Part shown: in pieces, positions 59,906-64,000 of the stretch
Layout of the letters: each line of letters begins with the position of its first letter
How positions within the stretch are numbered: position 1 is the first letter of the stretch
Source of the DNA: Ruminococcus sp. CAG:488
GTDB taxonomy: Bacteria; Bacillota; Clostridia; Oscillospirales; Acutalibacteraceae
Length of the DNA: 64,000 nucleotides
Direction: 5' to 3'
Assembly (NCBI GenBank): GCA_000434055.1
Contig: HF999647.1
Coordinates: 48,251 to 112,250 of the forward strand
Position numbers and translations under genes: made by a program
The notes under the pieces: model-generated
Database searches by the model: none
The model's input: the letters and a program-made list of their open reading frames with translations, nothing else
What the model was told of the DNA's origin: nothing

Positions 59906-60463
59906 TTGGAGAAAATCATGAAGCTTGAAGAAAAAACAGTTAAAAAGAATTATATTTATCATGGCAGAATAATCAATGTTCGTAATGACGATGCAGAGCT
60001 TCCGAACGGAAAGCCATGCCGGCGTGAGGTTGTTGAGCATCCGGGCGGAGTTTGCATTGCCGCACTGACAGAGGATAACGAGCTGCTTTTTGTCCGCCAG
60101 TTCCGCTATCCGTACATGGAGGTTATTCCCGAACTTCCGGCAGGCAAGCTTGAAAAGGGAGAGGATCCGTTTGAAACGGGCAAGCGTGAGCTTGAGGAGG
60201 AAGCCGGTTGCGTTGCCGACGAGTATTATGATCTTGGCAAGTTTTACCCGTCACCCGGATATTGTGGCGAAATCATTCATCTCTATGCCGCAAAGGGCTT
60301 GACCTATACGCACCAGCATCTTGACGTTGACGAGTTCCTCAACGTTGAAAAAATTCCGCTTGAAACGGCGGTTGAAATGGTCATGAGCAACGAGATCAAG
60401 GACGGAAAAAGTCAGGCGGCGGTTCTTAAGGTCAAACAGCTCAGAGATAAGGGGCTGTGGTGA
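59906..60463 (+). CDS. Nudix hydrolase (ADP-ribose pyrophosphatase-like)
   Basis: Nudix box GKLEKGEDPFETGKRELEEEAG. Confidence 0.85.
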   Translation: MEKIMKLEEKTVKKNYIYHGRIINVRNDDAELPNGKPCRREVVEHPGGVCIAALTEDNELLFVRQFRYPYMEVIPELPAGKLEKGEDPFETGKRELEEEAGCVADEYYDLGKFYPSPGYCGEIIHLYAAKGLTYTHQHLDVDEFLNVEKIPLETAVEMVMSNEIKDGKSQAAVLKVKQLRDKGLW

Positions 60464-61020
60464 TGTCAAGGATAATTCTTGCTTCCGCTTCGCCGAGACG
60501 CAGAGAACTGATGGAGCTTGCAGGATATGACTTTGAGGTGATCTGCGCTGATATTGTTGAGGCCGTTCCCGAAAATGTTCAGCCGCAGGAGGTTGTTATG
60601 TCGCTCGCACTGCAAAAGGCGCAGGCGGTTGCGGCAGAGAATGAAGATGCGGTAGTTGTCGGTTCGGATACGGTAGTTGCACTGGACGGAAAAATTCTCG
60701 GCAAGCCTCATTCGGAGTCGGAGGCTTGCGAAATGCTTCGTTTGCTTTCGGGCAGGACTCATAAGGTCTTCACGGGCGTCGCGGTAGTCGGTGACGGCAA
60801 GGAGAAAAGCTTCTTTGATGAAACCGACGTGGAATTTTACCCGCTCAGCGAGGATGAAATAAAGAAATATGTTGCAACGGGCGAGCCGATGGACAAGGCA
60901 GGCGCATACGGAATTCAAGGAAAAGGCTCGGTACTTGTTAAAAAAATCAACGGCGATTTTTTTAATGTAATGGGATTACCGATTGCGAAACTATACAGGG
61001 AGATGAGTGATTTTGTTTAA
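60463..61020 (+). CDS. maf: Maf-like nucleoside triphosphate pyrophosphatase (septum formation protein)
   Basis: N-terminus IILASASPRRRELM. The start overlaps the nudix stop (TGATG). Confidence 0.88.
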   Translation: MSRIILASASPRRRELMELAGYDFEVICADIVEAVPENVQPQEVVMSLALQKAQAVAAENEDAVVVGSDTVVALDGKILGKPHSESEACEMLRLLSGRTHKVFTGVAVVGDGKEKSFFDETDVEFYPLSEDEIKKYVATGEPMDKAGAYGIQGKGSVLVKKINGDFFNVMGLPIAKLYREMSDFV

Positions 61021-61282
61021 TTATTTTTTGAACACTTTGGCTATCAGCGTCAGCGAGCTTGAGCCGGTGCAGAACAACAATGATGAGAAACAAAAGGCGA
61101 TATGGATAATCGCACTCGTTGCCGTCGTTATAATTTGCATTGTGCTCAGTCAGATAAAATTTGACATAAGCGGAAAAATAAAAGCAAAAAAAGAGGAAAA
61201 CGCAAAGAAAAAGATTGAAAGAGAACGCAATGAAGAGCTTGAACGCCTTCATGAAATAAAAAGAAAAAATCAAAGAAAATAA
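61007..61282 (+). CDS. Small single-pass membrane protein with a Lys/Glu-rich coiled-coil tail
   Basis: One transmembrane segment (IWIIALVAVVIICIVL) and a same-strand terminator directly downstream. The competing minus-strand ORF 60962..61273 has no such support. Confidence 0.4.
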   Translation: MILFNYFLNTLAISVSELEPVQNNNDEKQKAIWIIALVAVVIICIVLSQIKFDISGKIKAKKEENAKKKIERERNEELERLHEIKRKNQRK

Positions 61283-61290
61283 TAAAATTC

Positions 61291-61326
61291 AGCCGAATCC
61301 GATAAAAGATTCGGCTTGTTTTTTTA
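61291..61326 (+). terminator. Intrinsic terminator
   Basis: Stem AGCCGAATC, loop, GATTCGGCT, then TTGTTTTTTT. Confidence 0.7.
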
Positions 61327-61366
61327 ATAGGTTTGCAATTTTATTAAAAAAAAGAATATTCAATTG

Positions 61367-61395
61367 TTGACAAATCCTGCAAAGTCAGACATAAT
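61367..61395 (+). promoter_or_regulatory. Sigma-A promoter for PHP paralog 3 (TTGACA, 17-bp spacer, CATAAT)
   Basis: Sequence TTGACAAATCCTGCAAAGTCAGACATAAT. Confidence 0.45.
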
Positions 61396-61427
61396 AGAAA
61401 AAAGACCTTTTTGAGGAGGGGAACATA

Positions 61428-62894
61428 ATGGCAAAGAAAATTTTAGCAGTATTTTTGAGCATTGTTCTTTCCGCACAGCTTTTTGTAATCGGTGTATCGG
61501 CAAAAGGGAAAAAGTACATCATTGTAAATCCCTATGAGAAGGTTGATTGGGATGAGTGGGGAAGCTACAAATTTCAGCCGCACTGCCATACAAACGCCAG
61601 CGACGGATATCTCACGGTTAAAGAATCTGTTCAGATGCACTATGACCTCAACTATGATATTGTTGCGCTGACGGATCACGGAACGATAAACAAGGGCTGG
61701 AATCAGAAGCCCGATCTGGTTCCGCTTATCAGACTTGTTAAGTATGAAAGAACGCACATGGCTCCCATTATTCCGTTGACAGATGAGGAATATGAATCCT
61801 ATCAGAGCGGAACTGCGCCTTCTGCCGAGAGAACGCATAAGAACGGAATGTTGGATGTTCCGCAGGGCATAGAGCTTAACATGGCAACGCCCAAGGCAGA
61901 CTGTCACCTTACGGGATGTTTTTCGGATTACGGTCAGGGACTTGCCGGCGTTTACGGCGATTATGAGACCCCGAGCAAGGGCGTAAGAGAAGCCGGCGGA
62001 ATTTCGATGCTCTCTCATGTCGGCGAATATGTTTATCCCGATAAGGACAGTGCAGATCATGTCGGTCAGAAGGTTGACGATTATTATGCGAACAAGTTTG
62101 CACGTCTTTTTCTTGACAATGCGGGCTCAAGCTTAGGCATTGGCATCAACAGTGCAACCGATGCGCATACACGTTGCGACAGAATTCTCTATGATCAGAT
62201 TCTTCAAAAGACAATTCCGAACGGCGTCGTTCCGTGGGGATTTGCTTTCTCGGATTCTCATAATGTAAGATCTCTCAATGATGCCTACACAATGCTTATG
62301 ATGAAGGATTTCGACATGAACAATTTCCGTGCAAGCATGGAAAACGGTTGGAGCTTTGCCGTATCGCATTATTCAAACGGCGTTGAGCTTAACGGCATGG
62401 AGGAAATGCCCGGCTTTGATGAGGACAAGGTTTATGAGGAGAAGCTCTACCTTCAGGATAATACGCCGATGGTAACTCGAATCGACGTTGACCGGGAGAA
62501 CGGTTCAATCAAGATTGAGGGCACAAACTTTGATCGCATCACATGGGTTTCAAACGGTAACGTTATCAAGCGTGAGGAAAATATCACAAGCGGAACCGCA
62601 ATGCTGGATCTCTATAGCGATGACTTGCTCGACGATCCTTATCTTTATATAAGATTTTATATTACGGGCGAGAACGGTATTTGTTACGCTCAGCCGTTCG
62701 TGCTCAGCGTTGAGGGCGAGGAATTTACTCCCGTTGATGTTCCCGAAACACACGATGTTTCAACATTTCTGCGTGGACTTGCAACCGTAACGGATTGGCT
62801 TTTCTTCCGATTCAATCCGCTTATCTGGCTGTTTAAATATGTTGCACTCGGATACAATGTATTCGACAGATTTTTCCATCCGTATTCAAATTAA
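61428..62894 (+). CDS. Secreted PHP-domain phosphoesterase, paralog 3 (488 aa), with an aromatic-rich hydrophobic C-terminus
   Basis: Signal peptide; PYEKVDWDEWGSYKFQPHCHTNASDGY...ALTDHG; conserved C-terminal beta module ending ICYAQPF. RBS GGAGGGG. Confidence 0.75.
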   Translation: MAKKILAVFLSIVLSAQLFVIGVSAKGKKYIIVNPYEKVDWDEWGSYKFQPHCHTNASDGYLTVKESVQMHYDLNYDIVALTDHGTINKGWNQKPDLVPLIRLVKYERTHMAPIIPLTDEEYESYQSGTAPSAERTHKNGMLDVPQGIELNMATPKADCHLTGCFSDYGQGLAGVYGDYETPSKGVREAGGISMLSHVGEYVYPDKDSADHVGQKVDDYYANKFARLFLDNAGSSLGIGINSATDAHTRCDRILYDQILQKTIPNGVVPWGFAFSDSHNVRSLNDAYTMLMMKDFDMNNFRASMENGWSFAVSHYSNGVELNGMEEMPGFDEDKVYEEKLYLQDNTPMVTRIDVDRENGSIKIEGTNFDRITWVSNGNVIKREENITSGTAMLDLYSDDLLDDPYLYIRFYITGENGICYAQPFVLSVEGEEFTPVDVPETHDVSTFLRGLATVTDWLFFRFNPLIWLFKYVALGYNVFDRFFHPYSN

Positions 62895-62910
62895 AGGTTA
62901 TAAAAACAGC

Positions 62911-62947
62911 AAAGACTCCGGTTGAATAAATCGGAGTCTTTGTTTTA
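62911..62947. terminator. Bidirectional terminator between paralog 3 (+) and the metY-like gene (-)
   Basis: Stem AAAGACTCCG, loop, CGGAGTCTTT, then GTTTT. Confidence 0.65.
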
Positions 62948-62986
62948 TAGGGGGAGAAAAAGAGAAGGAAGATTTTAATTTATGTT

Positions 62987-64000
62987 TTATTTAACCGCAT
63001 CAAAACCCTGCTGAAGGTCTGCAATAATATCGTCGATGTGTTCCGTGCCGATTGAAAGACGAATGGTGTTCGGCTTAATTCCGCAGGAGAGAAGCTCCTC
63101 TTCGGAAAGCTGTGAATGGGTTGTTGATGCAGGATGGATAACGAGCGACTTAACGTCGGCAACATTTGCAAGAAGCGAGAAAAGCTTGAGACTCTCGGTG
63201 AACTTCTTGGCCGTTTCTGCATCGCCCTTTATTTCAAAGGTGAAGATTGAAGCTGCGCCCTTCTTGAAGTATTTGTCGTAAAGCTTCTTCTGCTTGCCTG
63301 TGGCAAGTGAGGGGTGGTTAACTCTTTCTACCTGCGGATGATTTTTGAGGAAGTCAACAACCTTGAGCGCATTCTCAACGTGACGCTCTACTCTGAGCGA
63401 AAGAGTCTCAAGTCCTTGGAGAAGAAGGAAAGAGTTAAACGGCGAAATCGTTGCGCCTTGATCTCTCATAAGAGTTGTACGAAGCTTGAGAATATAGGCA
63501 AGATTGCCGCAAGCCTCGGTGAAAACGACGCCGTGATATGACGGGTTTGGTTTTGAAAGTCCGGGGAATTTGTCATTCTGTGCCCAGTCGAATTTACCTG
63601 AATCAACAACAACGCCGCCCATTACCGTGCCGTGACCGCCGATAAATTTTGTAGCGGAATGAACAACAACATCTGCGCCGTGCTCAATCGGACGAAGAAG
63701 ATAGGGCGTTGCGAAGGTGCTGTCAACGATGAACGGAATACCGTGCTTATGAGCGATAGCTGCAATGGCTTCAAGGTCGATTACATCAGAGTTCGGGTTA
63801 CCGAGCGTTTCGGCATATAGAAGCTTGGTGTTCGGCTGAATTGCCTTTTCAAAATTTTCGGGATCGGAGGGATCGACAAAAGTTGTATCGAGTCCCTGCT
63901 CCTTAAGTGTGTTTGCGAAAAGGTTGTGTGTGCCGCCGTAAAGATTGGTCGAAGAAACGATATGGTCACCTGCAATTGCGATGTTTTGAATTGCATATGA
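62987..64000 (-). CDS. O-acetylhomoserine/O-acetylserine sulfhydrylase-like PLP enzyme (Cys/Met metabolism family), 5' end outside the window
   Basis: The frame stays open upstream of the track ORF through ...SATKFIGGHGTVMGGVVVDSG... (PLP-Lys region) to the window edge. The C-terminus is typical of the MetY/CysD family. Confidence 0.8.
   Translation of the reverse strand, partial: SYAIQNIAIAGDHIVSSTNLYGGTHNLFANTLKEQGLDTTFVDPSDPENFEKAIQPNTKLLYAETLGNPNSDVIDLEAIAAIAHKHGIPFIVDSTFATPYLLRPIEHGADVVVHSATKFIGGHGTVMGGVVVDSGKFDWAQNDKFPGLSKPNPSYHGVVFTEACGNLAYILKLRTTLMRDQGATISPFNSFLLLQGLETLSLRVERHVENALKVVDFLKNHPQVERVNHPSLATGKQKKLYDKYFKKGAASIFTFEIKGDAETAKKFTESLKLFSLLANVADVKSLVIHPASTTHSQLSEEELLSCGIKPNTIRLSIGTEHIDDIIADLQQGFDAVK

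Noticed and set aside
59449-59919. Overlapping alternative-frame ORFs (59449..59853 + and 59569..59919 -) across the acidic Cys/Asp-rich gene
   Set aside because: Produced by the GAY/GAC/TGC-rich repetitive codons. They have no RBS and sit inside a gene with a good start context.
60962-61273. Minus-strand 103-aa ORF overlapping the small + strand membrane-protein ORF
   Set aside because: The + strand ORF is followed by a same-orientation intrinsic terminator and continues the maf operon. The minus ORF has no start context.

Overview
This is an origin-proximal chromosomal segment from a low-GC Gram-positive bacterium, probably a cellulolytic Ruminococcus-like Clostridium, since one secreted protein carries a type I dockerin. 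Read left to right, the window contains: the dnaX 3' end; an inserted family-2 glycosyltransferase (GT2); ybaB-recR; a DnaA-box cluster with DnaA-trio-like repeats and an AT-rich unwinding stretch; dnaN-yaaA-recF-remB; a patatin-like lipase; two tandem paralogous secreted PHP-domain phosphoesterases, one of them cellulosomal; a secreted HExxH metalloprotease interrupted by an in-frame stop; a minus-strand block fba-serS-parB-parA-noc-rsmG-mnmG-mnmE-minD-like-pbp2-mreDCB with two perfect parS sites; a lipoprotein; tRNA-Arg(CCT); an FAD oxidoreductase, a propeller/toroid protein and a variant histidine phosphatase; the glgBCDA glycogen operon; a 12-kb Wzy-dependent exopolysaccharide/capsule locus whose fused Wzz/BY-kinase carries an exceptionally long Gly-Tyr repeat tail; lepA; a GPH-type symporter; hemW; pepP-efp; an acidic Cys/Asp-rich zinc-ribbon protein; a nudix hydrolase; maf; a third PHP-domain paralog; and the start of a metY-like gene. 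No transposase, integrase or CRISPR array is visible. The most unusual elements are the triplicated secreted PHP-phosphoesterase family, the hyper-extended Tyr cluster on the BY-kinase, the oriC-like element upstream of dnaN with no dnaA gene nearby, and the interrupted metalloprotease.
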